64,000 nt of DNA from Candidatus Brocadiia bacterium (GTDB lineage Bacteria > Planctomycetota > Brocadiia > CAIUPP01): NCBI GenBank assembly GCA_050015075.1, contig JBEKCB010000001.1, positions 128,001 to 192,000 on the forward strand, given 5' to 3'. This document shows, in pieces, positions 9,136 to 19,666 of this stretch. The translations under genes and the position numbers were made by a program. The notes under the pieces were generated by a model. That model was not told the DNA's origin and ran no database searches. It worked only from the letters and a program-made list of their open reading frames with translations. Position 1 is the stretch's first letter; each line of letters opens with the position of its first letter.

Positions 9136-9151
9136 TGCGCGGCGAATCTCG

Positions 9152-9180
9152 TTGACACCCACCGCCTTCGGCGCTATCAT
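9152..9180 (+). promoter_or_regulatory. sigma70-type promoter
   Basis: TTGACA-17 nt-TATCAT upstream of the 9237 gene. Confidence 0.6.
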
Positions 9181-9236
9181 CGGCTGGCCGTTTCGGTGTG
9201 CCAAACCGCCTGTCCGCCGCTTCTTGAGGTGCCCTC

Positions 9237-12200
9237 ATGGGAGAGCAGCGTTCGAAAGAGATTCTCGAGGGGCTGCTCTATCCGGTCGTCATCCTCGACC
9301 GGAAGCGGGACATTTGCTTCATGAACGGCGCGGCGCGGCGCCTGCTCCTCGAAGGGCTCGATCTGCGGCTGGCGGCGCACGTCCGCAGCACCCCGGACAT
9401 GGGGCCGCTCACCCAGGTGCACTTCAAACTCCAGAACGGGTGCGACCTCATCCTCAAGATCCGGATCGGCGAGATCGAATGGCTCGGCGAAAAGGCGCTG
9501 CAGGTCTTGATCTCGAACGTGACGCCGTACCTGGCCATGATCCAGGAGTTGCAGAAAGAGCTGGCGGCGCTGAAGCAGGCGCCGGCCGAACTTGCGGCCC
9601 GGCGGCCCGAGGCGCAGCAGCCGCTCGCCGCGCCCGGCGACGCGGCGGCCAAGCTGCAGGCGGAACTCGCGGACGAGTCCGCCGCCCGCGCCAAGGCAGA
9701 GGAGAACGCCCGCGCCTTGCAGGAGAACCTGGACCTCGTCACGCAGGAAAACGCCCGCCTCCAATCGGACCTGGCCCGGGCCGCGCGCGAGCGCGAGGAG
9801 TCGAAAGAGTCTCCGGCGGCGGACCTGGAGCAGGCCCGCTCGGAACTTAAGCTGCAAGCGGACAAGTCGGCCGAGGCGCAACGGGCATGGGAAACCGAGC
9901 GCGCCGCGCTGGCCGCGTCGCTCGAGCAGGCCCGGCAGCAGACCGAGGCGGAAGCCTCGCAGCGCAGGCAGGCCCAGGCCGATCTCAAGGCGGCCGAAGC
10001 CGCCTCATCCGCGTCCGAGCAACTCCATTCCAACTTGCGCCAGGAATTCGAGGCGCTCCTCCAGGACAACAAGCGCCTGACGCAGGACCTGGCCGAGCGC
10101 GCTCCGCGCGAAAGCGAATTGGCCGCGGCGCGCGATGCGCTCGCCGCGCAGGTCAAGCGGCTCCAGTCCGAACTTTCCGCCGCCGCGGCCGAGCGCGACG
10201 GGCTCGTGTCGCGCGCCGCCGCGATAGAGGCGTCGCTCGAACAGGCCCGGCGGCAGACCGAGGCGGAAGCCTCGCAGTGCGCGCAGGCGCAGGCCGATCT
10301 CGAGAAGGCCCACGCCGCCGCGTCCGCGGCCGAGCAGGCCCAGTCCAAGTCGCGGCAGGAAGTAGAGGCGCTCCGGCGCGAGCTGGAGCAGCTCACCGCC
10401 CGCGCAGAGGAGAAATCCTCGCAGGTCGCCGCGCTCCGCGAAGAGAATAAGCGCCTGGCCCTGGACCTGGCCGAGCGCGCTCTGCGCGAAAGCGAATTGG
10501 CCGCGGCGCGCGACGCGCTCGCCCGCGAACTCGCGGCCGCCCGGCAGGAAGCCGAGCGCGCCGCCGGCGAGGCTCGCGCGCATGAGTTGGAGTCCGGCCG
10601 AGCCGCCGAGAAACTCGCCGCGCAAATCGCCGCGCTCCAGCAGGACCTGGCCGCCGCAGAGCAGGCCCGGTCGGAGTCGGCCGAGACGTCCGAGAAGCTG
10701 AAAAACGAAGCCCGGGAGCATGCCGATGCGCTCGCCCAAGCGCGCGAGGAAGCGGCCGATGCCGCCCAGAGGGCGGAGGCGGAACGGGCCAAAGCCGCAG
10801 AGGCGGAGGAGCAGGCGGCTTCGGCGGCGCGGGAACTGGAACGGATGCGCGGCGAATTGGGCCGCAGCATGGACGAAGCGCAGGTCTCGGAGAAAGCCTG
10901 GGCGCAGGAGCGCGCCGAGCTTCAACGCGGCGCGGGTGAAGGTCCGGAACAGGAGGCGGCCATGGGAGAGCAACGTTCGGAGGAGACCCTCGGGCCCTAT
11001 CGGCTGACGGAATGCCGCGCCGAGGGGCACATCGCGCGCATCTGCAAAGGGCTCGACCGCGCGACCGGGCAGAAGGTCCTCGTCCGCATCGTGGACCCGA
11101 TGGCCTGCCGCAACGAGCGCATCCGCGCGGTGCTCGAGGAGCTGCGCGATCCGGCCTGCTCGCGGCGCGTGCAGGACCCGCACATCCTGAAAGTCCTCGA
11201 CGTCGGCGTCCGTCGCGACTCCTATTTCATCGTCCACGAGGACTTCGGCGGCATCCCGCTGGACGAATACGTCAAGGAAACGCGTCCGTCGTTGAAGGAG
11301 TCGCTCGGCCTCGCGCGCGCCATTGCGGAATGCGTCCGCGCCGTCCACGGATTCCGGCTCGTCCACGGCGACCTGAAGCCGCAGAACGTCCTGGTCAGCC
11401 GCGACGCGGGCGGCAATTGGGTCGTCAAGGTCGCCCTCGCGGACCTCGCGCACGACGCCGCCGACGCGATGCTCTCCGTCTACGGCGAGCTGGTCGGCAC
11501 GCCGAAGTACCTCTCGCCCGAGCAGATCCAGGGCAAGACCGCCACGGGCAGCTCGGACCTGTTCTCCCTCGGCGTGATCCTCTACGAACTCTTCAGCGGC
11601 CGCGAGCCGTTCCCGGCGGAGAGCCCGATCGGTTACCTGCACGCGAACGTCGCGACGGACCTGCGGCCGCTGGCGGCCGTGGACACGGCGATCCCTTCGG
11701 ACCTGAGCGCCGTGGTCGGCCGCCTGCTGGCGCGCCAGCCGCGCAACCGATATCGCACCGTACAGGCGCTGCTCGACGACCTCGACCGTGTCGAGGCCAG
11801 GCTGGGCGGCGCCGCGCCGGAGCCGGTCGCGCCCGGCGCGGATTCCGCCTTCGCGCCGGTCGCCCCGGAGGCGGCGATGCCGCCGGCGCGCGGGCCGCGC
11901 GTCATAACGGTCACCGCGGCGATCACCGCCGCGGCGCTTCTGCTCGCGACCATCGCCGTTTGGGGCATCGTTTTCCAGTTCGTGCACCGGGCCGCCCGGC
12001 CGCCGGCGGCTGCGCCCACGGAGATCGAGGCGCCTCATCCGGCGCCGCCGAAGGTCCCCGTCGCGACGGTTTCTGCGGCGGAGAAGGCCCTCAACGACAC
12101 GATGACCCGGGTGAAGGCGCTGGCGGACGATGGGAAATTCAACGAGGCGATCCGTCTCCTGAAAGAGCTGCGCGAGCGGTACCGCGACGACCCGATCGCC

Positions 12201-13919
12201 CAGCGGATTGACGTGGAAATCGCCGGCGCGATGCTCGCCCAGGGCGCCAGCCTCGCCGCGCTCTCCAAGCCCGACGAGGCGCTCGCGGTCTACCGTTCCA
12301 TCCTCCGAGACTATCCGGCCACCGAGTCGGCCATGCGGGCCGGCCGCCGCGTGCCCGACATGATCCTGGCCATGGCCAAAACGCTGGAGAACCAGGCGGA
12401 CCTCGAGCAGGCGATGGGCGTGTACGAGTCGCTGATGAAGGAGTACCCCGGTTCGCCGGCCGCCGCCGACGCGGCGGAGATTCTGCCGGGCCTGCGCCTG
12501 CGGTTCGCGGAGGCGCTCGAAAACAGCCAGCCCGACCGGGCGATCGCGCTCCTGCGGGAAATCCTGTCGTCGAACGTGTCCGATGCGGACGCCGCGAAGG
12601 GGCGCGGCCTGCTCGCGCGCGCGCTGTTCGCCCGCGCCGAGAGCCGCGCGAAGGCCAGCCATTTCCGCGACTCGCTCGCCGACTGCCAGGAGGCGGAGCG
12701 GCTCGACCCGTCGTTGAAGCGGGCCATTGATTTGAATGAGCCGGAGGTCCTCGCGCGCGCCGCCATCGAGGCGAAGGACCAGATGGCGCTCGCCGAGGCC
12801 GTCGCGCTCTGGAAACAGCTCGGGGAGAAGTATCCGGGCGCGCACGTGATGCAGGAATACGGCGACTCGATGGCCGCGCTGCTCGAGGCCGCGAACCCGC
12901 CGGCCGGCGGCCCGGCCGACGAACCGGCCCTCCTCTGGGCGCTGGCCGAGAAGGAACTGAACGCCAACAACGCGGCGGGCGCGCAGGCGTATCTCGACAG
13001 GCTCCTCACGAAGTACCCGGACACGGCGCCGGCCGCGACGGCGCGCGGGCTGATGGCCAAGCAGGCTTACGATGTCGCGATCCAGCAAGGCCGGTCGGGG
13101 GACGTGAAGGCGGAGCAGGCGACGCTCGAGAAGATCGCCGCCGCGTATCCGGACGCCGCCAAGGAACTGGCGCGCATCAAGGCCGCGCCGGCGGAGATGG
13201 TGTACGTTCCGGGCGGCGAGTTCACCATGGGGCTCTCGAAGGAGCGCGTCGCGCAGATCGTCGGGCAGTTCAAACTGCCGCCGGTGATGACGGACACCTG
13301 GTTCGGGATGTCGGAGCCGGAAGAGCGCGTCCTCCTCAACCCGTTCTACATGGACGTTCACCCGGTCACGAACGCGCAATACAAGAAGTTCGTGGACGCC
13401 ACGCACCACGCGCCGCCGCCGAGTCCGGACTGGACGGCGAGCGAAGTCAAGCCCGGCTGCCAGGCCAAGCCGGTGACGGACGTGGACTGGAGCGACGCGA
13501 CCGCCTACGCGAAATGGGCCGGCAAGCGCCTGCCCCGCGAGGCGGAGTGGGAGAAGGCCGCCCGCGGAACTGACGGAAGGCTTTTCCCGTGGGGAAACGA
13601 CTGGGACCCGAACCTCTGCAGCGCTTCCGAAACCGACGCGGCCGATACGGCCGCGGTGAACCTGTACGCCGGCGGCCTGAGCCCGTACGGCGCCTCCGAC
13701 ATGGCCGGCAACGTGCAGGAGTGGACGGCCGACCCGCTCAAGCCCTATCCGGCCGCCGACGCGGTCGGGCTGCTTTTCAAGGAAGGCCAGCAGGCGATCC
13801 GCGGAGCGATTCGCCAGGAGCCGATCTTCATCCTCCGCATGGTGACGCGGCGCGCCGGCCTGCTGCCGACTGAGCGAGCGTCCACCCTCGGCTTCCGCTG
13901 CGCGCAGGACGCGCCGTAG
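9237..13919 (+). CDS. multidomain protein: PAS-like / long coiled coil / Ser-Thr (pseudo)kinase / TM / TPR-like / FGE-sulfatase (SUMF1) domain
   Basis: [25 protein letters not shown]; hydrophobic TM; YP repeats; C-terminal [34 protein letters not shown]. Confidence 0.8.
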   Translation: MGEQRSKEILEGLLYPVVILDRKRDICFMNGAARRLLLEGLDLRLAAHVRSTPDMGPLTQVHFKLQNGCDLILKIRIGEIEWLGEKALQVLISNVTPYLAMIQELQKELAALKQAPAELAARRPEAQQPLAAPGDAAAKLQAELADESAARAKAEENARALQENLDLVTQENARLQSDLARAAREREESKESPAADLEQARSELKLQADKSAEAQRAWETERAALAASLEQARQQTEAEASQRRQAQADLKAAEAASSASEQLHSNLRQEFEALLQDNKRLTQDLAERAPRESELAAARDALAAQVKRLQSELSAAAAERDGLVSRAAAIEASLEQARRQTEAEASQCAQAQADLEKAHAAASAAEQAQSKSRQEVEALRRELEQLTARAEEKSSQVAALREENKRLALDLAERALRESELAAARDALARELAAARQEAERAAGEARAHELESGRAAEKLAAQIAALQQDLAAAEQARSESAETSEKLKNEAREHADALAQAREEAADAAQRAEAERAKAAEAEEQAASAARELERMRGELGRSMDEAQVSEKAWAQERAELQRGAGEGPEQEAAMGEQRSEETLGPYRLTECRAEGHIARICKGLDRATGQKVLVRIVDPMACRNERIRAVLEELRDPACSRRVQDPHILKVLDVGVRRDSYFIVHEDFGGIPLDEYVKETRPSLKESLGLARAIAECVRAVHGFRLVHGDLKPQNVLVSRDAGGNWVVKVALADLAHDAADAMLSVYGELVGTPKYLSPEQIQGKTATGSSDLFSLGVILYELFSGREPFPAESPIGYLHANVATDLRPLAAVDTAIPSDLSAVVGRLLARQPRNRYRTVQALLDDLDRVEARLGGAAPEPVAPGADSAFAPVAPEAAMPPARGPRVITVTAAITAAALLLATIAVWGIVFQFVHRAARPPAAAPTEIEAPHPAPPKVPVATVSAAEKALNDTMTRVKALADDGKFNEAIRLLKELRERYRDDPIAQRIDVEIAGAMLAQGASLAALSKPDEALAVYRSILRDYPATESAMRAGRRVPDMILAMAKTLENQADLEQAMGVYESLMKEYPGSPAAADAAEILPGLRLRFAEALENSQPDRAIALLREILSSNVSDADAAKGRGLLARALFARAESRAKASHFRDSLADCQEAERLDPSLKRAIDLNEPEVLARAAIEAKDQMALAEAVALWKQLGEKYPGAHVMQEYGDSMAALLEAANPPAGGPADEPALLWALAEKELNANNAAGAQAYLDRLLTKYPDTAPAATARGLMAKQAYDVAIQQGRSGDVKAEQATLEKIAAAYPDAAKELARIKAAPAEMVYVPGGEFTMGLSKERVAQIVGQFKLPPVMTDTWFGMSEPEERVLLNPFYMDVHPVTNAQYKKFVDATHHAPPPSPDWTASEVKPGCQAKPVTDVDWSDATAYAKWAGKRLPREAEWEKAARGTDGRLFPWGNDWDPNLCSASETDAADTAAVNLYAGGLSPYGASDMAGNVQEWTADPLKPYPAADAVGLLFKEGQQAIRGAIRQEPIFILRMVTRRAGLLPTERASTLGFRCAQDAP

Positions 13920-13932
13920 AAACGAGCGCGAA

Positions 13933-14036
13933 GAACTTGGAACATTCAACGTTGAACGTCCAACGCGGAAAGGAGCGCGACACGCGCAGTCGGTCCTTCG
14001 ACGTTCGAAGTTCGACGTTGGATGTTCGACGTTCGC
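13933..14036. repeat. heptamer (TTCGACG/CGTTGAA) imperfect hairpin
   Basis: GAACATTCAACGTTGAACGTCCAACG ... TTCGACGTTCGAAGTTCGACGTTGGATGTTCGACGTTCG. Confidence 0.7.
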
Positions 14037-14109
14037 CGTTCTGAAGACAACCGTTCAATGGCAAGAAGTTGAAAGCTCTCTCCCAGTCAGATTGGAAAGG
14101 ACCCGATTC

Positions 14110-15897
14110 ATGGCCAGCCGCCCCGCCCGCAAGAAAAACGCGCCGCGCGCTCTGCCGAGCGACTTCCTGGCGCACGGACTCGAGACCATGCCGCACCGCG
14201 CGCTGATGTTCGCCACCGGCGTCACGCGCTCGCAGATCGGCAAGCCGCTCATCGGCATCGCATCGTCCTTCACCGACCTGATCCCCGGCCACGCCGACAT
14301 GCGCTCGCTCGAGCGCTTCATCGAGCGCGGCGTCGCCGCCGCCGGCGGAGTGCCCTTCGTCTTCGGCATCCCCGGCATCTGCGACGGCATCGCCATGGGC
14401 CACTTCGGCATGCGCTACAGCCTGCCCTCGCGCGAACTCATCGCCGACATGGTCGAATCCATCGTCCGCGCGCACTCGCTCGACGGCGTGCTGCTGCTGA
14501 CCAACTGCGACAAGATTACGCCCGGAATGCTCATGTCCGCGGTGCGGATGGACGTGCCCGCCGTCGTGCTCACCGCCGGGCCGATGATCACCGGCCGGCT
14601 CTCCTGCCCCGGCCCGGGCGAGGGCAAACGGCTCGACCTGGTGAAGGACACGTTCGAGGCCTGGATCCAGTACGACCGCGGCCAGATGAGCCGCGAGGAG
14701 ATGCTCGACCTGGAGATCAACGCCTGCCCCGGCGCCGGCTCGTGCCAGGGGCTTTACACGGCCAACACCATGGCCTGCCTGACCGAGGCGATGGGCATGT
14801 CGCTCGTCGGCTGCGGCACCGGCCTGGCGATGTCCGGCAAAAAGAAACGCCTCGCCTACGAATCCGGGCGGCGCGTGGTCGAGCTGGTCCGCGCGGGCGT
14901 CACGCCGCGCCAGATCGTGACGCGGACGGCGCTGATGAACGCCGCGCGGGTGGACATGGCGATGGGCGGCTCGTCCAACAGCGTGCTGCACCTGACGGCC
15001 ATCGCGCGCGAGGCCGGGATCGGCCTCGACCTGGAGCTGTTCGACCGCGTCAGCCGCGGCACGCCGCAGATCGTCAGCCTGCGGCCCGGCGGGGAGAACT
15101 TCATGGAGGACGTTGAATACGCCGGCGGCGTGCCGGCGATCCTAAACGTGCTGCGCCCGCTCCTCCAGGACAACCCGACCGTCAGCGGGCCCGGCCTGCT
15201 GGAGATCGCCGACCGGCATCCGCCGATCCGCATCGAGTACCTCGTCGAGCGCGACCCGGCCACCGGCGAGTTCGTCTCGCGCAAGCGGACGATCATCCAC
15301 CCCCTGCAGACGCCGGTGCGGCCCGAGGGCGGCATCGCGATCCTGCGCGGCAACCTGGCGCCCGGCGGCGCGGTCATCAAGGCCTCGGCGCTCGACCCGA
15401 CGATGCTGCGTTTCACCGGCCGCGCGCTCTGCTTCAACAGCGAGACCGAAGGCATGGCGGCCATCCGCGACCTGCCGAAGCGGCTGCCGAAGACAGGCAA
15501 CCTGGTCCTGGTGATCCGGTATGAAGGCCCGCGCGGCGGACCGGGCATGCCGGAGATGCTCTCGCCGACGGCGGCGCTGGCGGGCTATCCGGTGGAGATC
15601 AAGAACCGGGTGGCGCTGATCACCGACGGGCGTTTCAGCGGCGGCACACGCGGCCCGTGCGTCGGGCACATCTCGCCCGAGGCCGCCGGCGGCGGTCCGA
15701 TCGCGCTGGTCCGCGACGGCGACGAGATCGAGCTCGACGTCCCCGCGCGCAAGCTGACCGTGCACCTGTCCGCGGCGGAACTGGCGCAGCGCCGGAAGCG
15801 CTGGAAGCCGGCCGCGGCGAGGAAGCTCACCGGCTGGCTGGCGCGCTACGCCAAGCTGGTCGGCGACGCGGCGTCCGGCGCGACGTTGAACGCGTAA
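14110..15897 (+). CDS. ilvD: dihydroxy-acid dehydratase
   Basis: [63 protein letters not shown]. Confidence 0.95.
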   Translation: MASRPARKKNAPRALPSDFLAHGLETMPHRALMFATGVTRSQIGKPLIGIASSFTDLIPGHADMRSLERFIERGVAAAGGVPFVFGIPGICDGIAMGHFGMRYSLPSRELIADMVESIVRAHSLDGVLLLTNCDKITPGMLMSAVRMDVPAVVLTAGPMITGRLSCPGPGEGKRLDLVKDTFEAWIQYDRGQMSREEMLDLEINACPGAGSCQGLYTANTMACLTEAMGMSLVGCGTGLAMSGKKKRLAYESGRRVVELVRAGVTPRQIVTRTALMNAARVDMAMGGSSNSVLHLTAIAREAGIGLDLELFDRVSRGTPQIVSLRPGGENFMEDVEYAGGVPAILNVLRPLLQDNPTVSGPGLLEIADRHPPIRIEYLVERDPATGEFVSRKRTIIHPLQTPVRPEGGIAILRGNLAPGGAVIKASALDPTMLRFTGRALCFNSETEGMAAIRDLPKRLPKTGNLVLVIRYEGPRGGPGMPEMLSPTAALAGYPVEIKNRVALITDGRFSGGTRGPCVGHISPEAAGGGPIALVRDGDEIELDVPARKLTVHLSAAELAQRRKRWKPAAARKLTGWLARYAKLVGDAASGATLNA

Positions 15898-15933
15898 AGC
15901 GGGGAATTTGAACGCCGGCAGGGACATTGTTCC

Positions 15934-16185
15934 ATGAACCGGAAGAAACTGCTGAGACGATTGGCGCAGGGGTCGTTGCACAATGTTGCCTTTTCGGATA
16001 TGGTGAACCTGGCGCGGGGATTTGGTTTCACCCTTGGCCGGGTTGCTGGAAGCCACCACATACTTATGCACCGGGATATCTCCGAACTGGTGAATCTGCA
16101 GGAAGTTCATGGCGAGGCGAAGCCATATCAGATTCGGCAATTCCTGAGGCTGGTGGAGCGGCACAATTTGAAGCTCGAGGAGTGA
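15934..16185 (+). CDS. hicA: HicA family toxin
   Basis: GF.LGRVAGSHHI..H...ELVNLQ...GEAKPYQIRQFL. Confidence 0.85.
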   Translation: MNRKKLLRRLAQGSLHNVAFSDMVNLARGFGFTLGRVAGSHHILMHRDISELVNLQEVHGEAKPYQIRQFLRLVERHNLKLEE

Positions 16186-16188
16186 GCT

Positions 16189-16410
16189 ATGGCAGACTAT
16201 CACATCAACATTTTCTACAGTGAAGAGGATGCGGGATACATCGCCGACATCCCGGATCTGGAGAGCTGTTCTGCTTTTGGTCAAACTCCGGAAGCGGCGC
16301 TCGCGGCGGTCGAGGAGGCAAAACGGGCCTGGCTTAAAGCCGCGCGCGCGGCGCACAAGCCGATTCCACCTCCGCAGTATCGGCCGGTCATTTACCAAAT
16401 GGCAAAGTGA
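16189..16410 (+). CDS. hicB: HicB family antitoxin
   Basis: YHINIFYSEEDAGYIADIPDLESCSAFGQTPEAAL...WL..A....PIP.P. Confidence 0.85.
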   Translation: MADYHINIFYSEEDAGYIADIPDLESCSAFGQTPEAALAAVEEAKRAWLKAARAAHKPIPPPQYRPVIYQMAK

Positions 16411-16498
16411 GCTTCTTCGCGCCCCCGACGCGATCTCCAGTCCGCCGTGGCGAGGAAGCTCACCGGCAAGCGGAAGCTGAACCATGGCGAAGCACACG

Positions 16499-16699
16499 AT
16501 GAGCGAAATCGTCTTTCAGGTCGAGGAAGATCCCGTGGACGGCGGCTACGTCGCCCGTGCGTTGGGGCATGGGATCACCACGCAGGCTGAGTCCATCGCC
16601 GAGTTGAAGAAAATGATCCGCGACGCGGTCTGCTGCCACTTCGACAAGCCCGCGGGGCCGGTTGTGCTGCAGGCTGGATTCCCGCCTTCGCGGGAATGA
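16499..16699 (+). pseudogene. orphan HicB-like small protein with C-terminus replaced by a REP-like palindrome
   Basis: MSEIVFQVEEDPVDGGYVARALGHGITTQAE...IRDAVCCHFD; the last codons come from GGATTCCCGCCTTCGCGGGAATGAC. Confidence 0.55.
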
Positions 16700-16700
16700 C
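16676..16700. repeat. ATTCCC-N8-GGGAAT (dRS3/REP-like) palindrome, single arm
   Basis: GGATTCCCGCCTTCGCGGGAATGAC; paired copies at 26013-26082 and 57358-57426. Confidence 0.8.
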
Positions 16701-16756
16701 GATAAAAGCTTCGAAACGATATTGACCTTGCGCCCCGAACCTGCGCCTCGTCGCGG

Positions 16757-17113
16757 CTAGATCGCCGGCGGAGGCGTGGGCGACTGGGGTTGAGGTTGAG
16801 CCGCGGGGGCCGTTCCGGCGGCGCCGGGCGTGCGGGCCACTTTTTCCTTCATGACCTTGCCCATCTTGAACGTCACCACTGTCTTCGGCGGGACGACCAC
16901 CTTCTGGCCGGTGCGCGGGTTGCGGCCGGTCCGCGGCTTGCGGACGACGACTTCAAATACCCCGAAATCCCTGAATTCCAGCCGGTTCCCTGCGCAGACT
17001 TCCTTGACGATCTCGTCGAAGAGCATCTGGATGACCTGCTTCACTTCAACCTGCGCCAGCCCGCTCTGCTGCGCCACGCGTTCGGCGATTTCACGCTTCG
17101 TAGTCGTTGCCAT
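16757..17113 (-). CDS. HU/IHF family DNA-binding protein
   Basis: TKREIAE...LEFRDFGVFEVVVRKPRTGRNPRTGQKVVVP...VTFKMGK. Confidence 0.92.
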   Translation of the reverse strand: MATTTKREIAERVAQQSGLAQVEVKQVIQMLFDEIVKEVCAGNRLEFRDFGVFEVVVRKPRTGRNPRTGQKVVVPPKTVVTFKMGKVMKEKVARTPGAAGTAPAAQPQPQSPTPPPAI

Positions 17114-17278
17114 CCGCCCGCCTCCTTCGGCTTGCCTGTCCGGTGATCGCCCCTCACCCTTCCGATTCTAACTTATTCTCTTGCTTCCTACAAGGACAAG
17201 TTATATGCTTGAAAACCGTCTCCGTCAAGTCAAAAACAGCGCGGGCCGCCGAGCGGACCTGCGAAAGGAGATCGGGCG

Positions 17279-17974
17279 ATGGTTCCGGCTTCGGTGATTC
17301 GCGCCAATCTGGAGTCCGTCCGGCGCCGAGTCGCCGCCGCCGCGGAGCGCGCCGGGCGGGCGCCGGAGAGCGTTCGGCTGGTCGCGGTCACAAAAACGGT
17401 GGGCCTTGAGGAAATCCGCGCGCTGCACGACCTGGGGGTGCGCGACTTCGGCGAGAGCCGCGTGCTCGAGGCGCTGCGCCGCATCGAGGCGCTCAAGGGT
17501 CTCGACGCCCGCTGGCACATGATCGGCCACATCCAGACAAAGAAAGCAAATAAAGCGATCGGCGCTTTCGATTTACTTCATTCGCTGGACAGCGTGCGGC
17601 TCGCCCAGGCGCTGGAGGCCCACGCCGCGCGCAACCGGGCGGTCGTCCCGGCGCTGGTCGAGGTCAACGTCAGCGGCGAGGCGACCAAGGACGGCTTCGC
17701 GCCCGGCGACCTGGGCCCGGCGCTGGAGAAAATCAGCCGGATGAAGTCGCTCCGCGTGGACGGCCTGATGGCCATGGCGCCGATCGCCGCCGATCCGGAG
17801 CAGACGCGCCCGGTCTTCGCGCAACTCAGGGTCCTGCGCGACCGCTTCGCGCACGCCGCGCCGGGGATCGAGCTGCGATGGCTCTCGATGGGAATGTCGC
17901 AGGATTTCGAGGTGGCCGTGGAGGAAGGCGCCGACCTCATCCGCGTCGGCAGCGCGCTGTTCCGGGAACCGTGA
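17279..17974 (+). CDS. yggS: YggS family PLP-binding protein
   Basis: LVAVTKT, FGESRV, WHMIGHIQTKK, LSMGMSQDFEVAVEEGADLIRVGSALF. Confidence 0.92.
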   Translation: MVPASVIRANLESVRRRVAAAAERAGRAPESVRLVAVTKTVGLEEIRALHDLGVRDFGESRVLEALRRIEALKGLDARWHMIGHIQTKKANKAIGAFDLLHSLDSVRLAQALEAHAARNRAVVPALVEVNVSGEATKDGFAPGDLGPALEKISRMKSLRVDGLMAMAPIAADPEQTRPVFAQLRVLRDRFAHAAPGIELRWLSMGMSQDFEVAVEEGADLIRVGSALFREP

Positions 17975-17990
17975 ACGGTCATGCGACTTT

Positions 17991-18161
17991 TCACCACCAA
18001 GGCACCAAGAACGGCAACTCATATTGCAACCACGGAACACACGGATGACACTGAAACTTTTTTAGAAAAGTCATTCAGTGTGTTCCGTGTATTCAGTGGT
18101 GGAAGGCGTTGTGTCTTTTTCTCTTGGTGTCTTCGTGCCTTGGTGGTTAACTTGGTGGTGA
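17991..18161. mobile_element. composite MITE-like element (CACCAAG outer arms enclosing a CACGGAA hairpin)
   Basis: Inverted copy at 41269-41425, with about a dozen differences over the ~105-bp core. Confidence 0.65.
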
Positions 18162-18189
18162 TTCTGGACTCTGGCAGAGGATGATAACT

Positions 18190-18999
18190 ATGCGCAACGA
18201 ACGAATCGGATTCATCGGCGCGGGGCAGATGGCGGAGGCGATCGCGCGCGGCGTGCTGACGGCGGAACTTTTCCCGCCGGCGGCGCTGGCGGCTTCCGAC
18301 GTGTCCGAGCCGCGGCGGCGGCTCTTCAGCGAACTTGGCATCCGCGCGACGGAGCGGAACCTGGAGATCGTCCCCGAGTGCGACGTGCTGCTCATCGCCG
18401 TCAAGCCGCAGAACCTGGATGAAGTGCTCCGCCAGATCGGGCCGAGCCTGCGGAAAGACCAGCTCGTGATCACGATCTGTGCCGGGTGCGCGACGACGCT
18501 CTTCGAAGCCGCCGCGAACGAGCGGGTGCGCGTTGTCCGCGCCATGCCGAACCTGCCCGTGCGAGTCCGCATGGGCGCCACCGCGCTTTGCACCGGGCGC
18601 TACGCGACGCAGTCCGACCTCGAACTCGCGCACGCGATTTTCAGCGCGGTCGGCCACGTCGTTGTGGTCGCCGAGGGACTCATGGACGCCGTCACCGCGC
18701 TCAGCGGCAGCGGGCCGGCGTACTTCGACTTCCTCATCGAGGCCATGGTCGAGGCCGGGCGCCGCGAAGGGATTCCCGAGCAGGTCGCGCGCGCCCTGGT
18801 CGTCCAGACCGCGCACGGCGCCGCCGAGATGATCATCGCCGACGACCTTCCGCCCGGCGAACTCCGCCGCCGCGTCACCTCCAAGGCCGGCACCACCGAG
18901 GCCGCCTTCCGCCACTTCGTGGAACACGACGCGCGCGAGGGCATCGTGGACGCCATCCACGCCGCCGCGGAACGGGCGAAGGAACTCGGAAAAAGATAG
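18190..18999 (+). CDS. proC: pyrroline-5-carboxylate reductase
   Basis: IGFIGAGQMA, AVKPQ, RAMPNLP, DAVTALSGSGPAY, VTSKAGTT. Confidence 0.93.
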   Translation: MRNERIGFIGAGQMAEAIARGVLTAELFPPAALAASDVSEPRRRLFSELGIRATERNLEIVPECDVLLIAVKPQNLDEVLRQIGPSLRKDQLVITICAGCATTLFEAAANERVRVVRAMPNLPVRVRMGATALCTGRYATQSDLELAHAIFSAVGHVVVVAEGLMDAVTALSGSGPAYFDFLIEAMVEAGRREGIPEQVARALVVQTAHGAAEMIIADDLPPGELRRRVTSKAGTTEAAFRHFVEHDAREGIVDAIHAAAERAKELGKR

Positions 19000-19002
19000 A
19001 TC

Positions 19003-19174
19003 TTCCACCAGGGCGACACGGACTTTCACCACCATGGCGCGAGCTTTCACCACGACGACACAACGGACACGACGAAGGCGACACTGCGAATATCGGCACA
19101 ACGGCTTACCGTAACAGCAGTTCCGTCGTGATCGTCGTGTCGTCGTGGTGAAAGCTCGTGTCGCGGTGGTGAAG
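19003..19174. repeat. CACCACGACGACAC-type imperfect hairpin element
   Basis: TTTCACCACGACGACAC ... GTGTCGTCGTGGTGAAA; same family at 54014-54132. Confidence 0.75.
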
Positions 19175-19211
19175 TTGCCGCAGCGAGCGCAAGTTTCCAG
19201 CCGGATTCCGC

Positions 19212-19249
19212 TTGACACGCGTCACCCAGTGTACTATAATACCAGCACA
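19212..19249 (+). promoter_or_regulatory. consensus sigma70 promoter overlapped by a YtrA/GntR-type operator; probably leaderless mRNA
   Basis: TTGACA(19212)-17 nt-TATAAT(19235); imperfect palindrome TGTACTA-N6-CAGCACA; ATG 9 nt after the -10 box. Confidence 0.7.
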
Positions 19250-19651
19250 ATGGTTAACTTCAAGCTCGACAAGAAAAGCCCGGTGCCGTTCTACCGGCAG
19301 ATCGTGGACATGGTCCTGGCGGGAATTTCCAGCGGGGCCATCGAGCCGGGAGACCGCCTGCCGACGATCCGCGACCTGGCGGTGAAGCTGGAGGTGAACC
19401 CGAACACGGTGGTCAAGGCCTATTCGCAACTCCAGATGATGGGCGTGCTGGACATGCAGCAGGGCACCGGGGCGTTCGCGCGGGCGCGCGCGGGCGGCGC
19501 GGCGGTTCCGGCCGCCGAGAAAAAGCGCACCCTCGCCGCGCTTTGCCGCGATTTCGTCGGCCGCGCCCAACTGCTGAACATCGACACCAAGGAACTGATC
19601 GAATACCTGGCGCGAATGGAGGTGGAGTCGAAATCCCCGTCGAAGGAATGA
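19250..19651 (+). CDS. GntR family (YtrA subfamily) transcriptional regulator
   Basis: PFYRQI...GDRLPTIRDLAVKLEVNPNTVVKAY; short C-terminal helix. Confidence 0.9.
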   Translation: MVNFKLDKKSPVPFYRQIVDMVLAGISSGAIEPGDRLPTIRDLAVKLEVNPNTVVKAYSQLQMMGVLDMQQGTGAFARARAGGAAVPAAEKKRTLAALCRDFVGRAQLLNIDTKELIEYLARMEVESKSPSKE

Positions 19652-19666
19652 AAAGGAGGGGCAGTC

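Noticed and set aside
13190-13919. FGE/CLec C-terminal domain plus an Avd-like four-helix gene suggesting a diversity-generating retroelement
   Set aside because: No reverse transcriptase, and no adenine-variant template repeat of this 3' end, was seen in the window.
10005-13949. Long antisense ORFs (also 26112-28052, 37032-38831, 41359-43149, 54584-56278 and others)
   Set aside because: These are shadow frames of high-GC genes that have recognisable motifs on the opposite strand; they have no motifs of their own.
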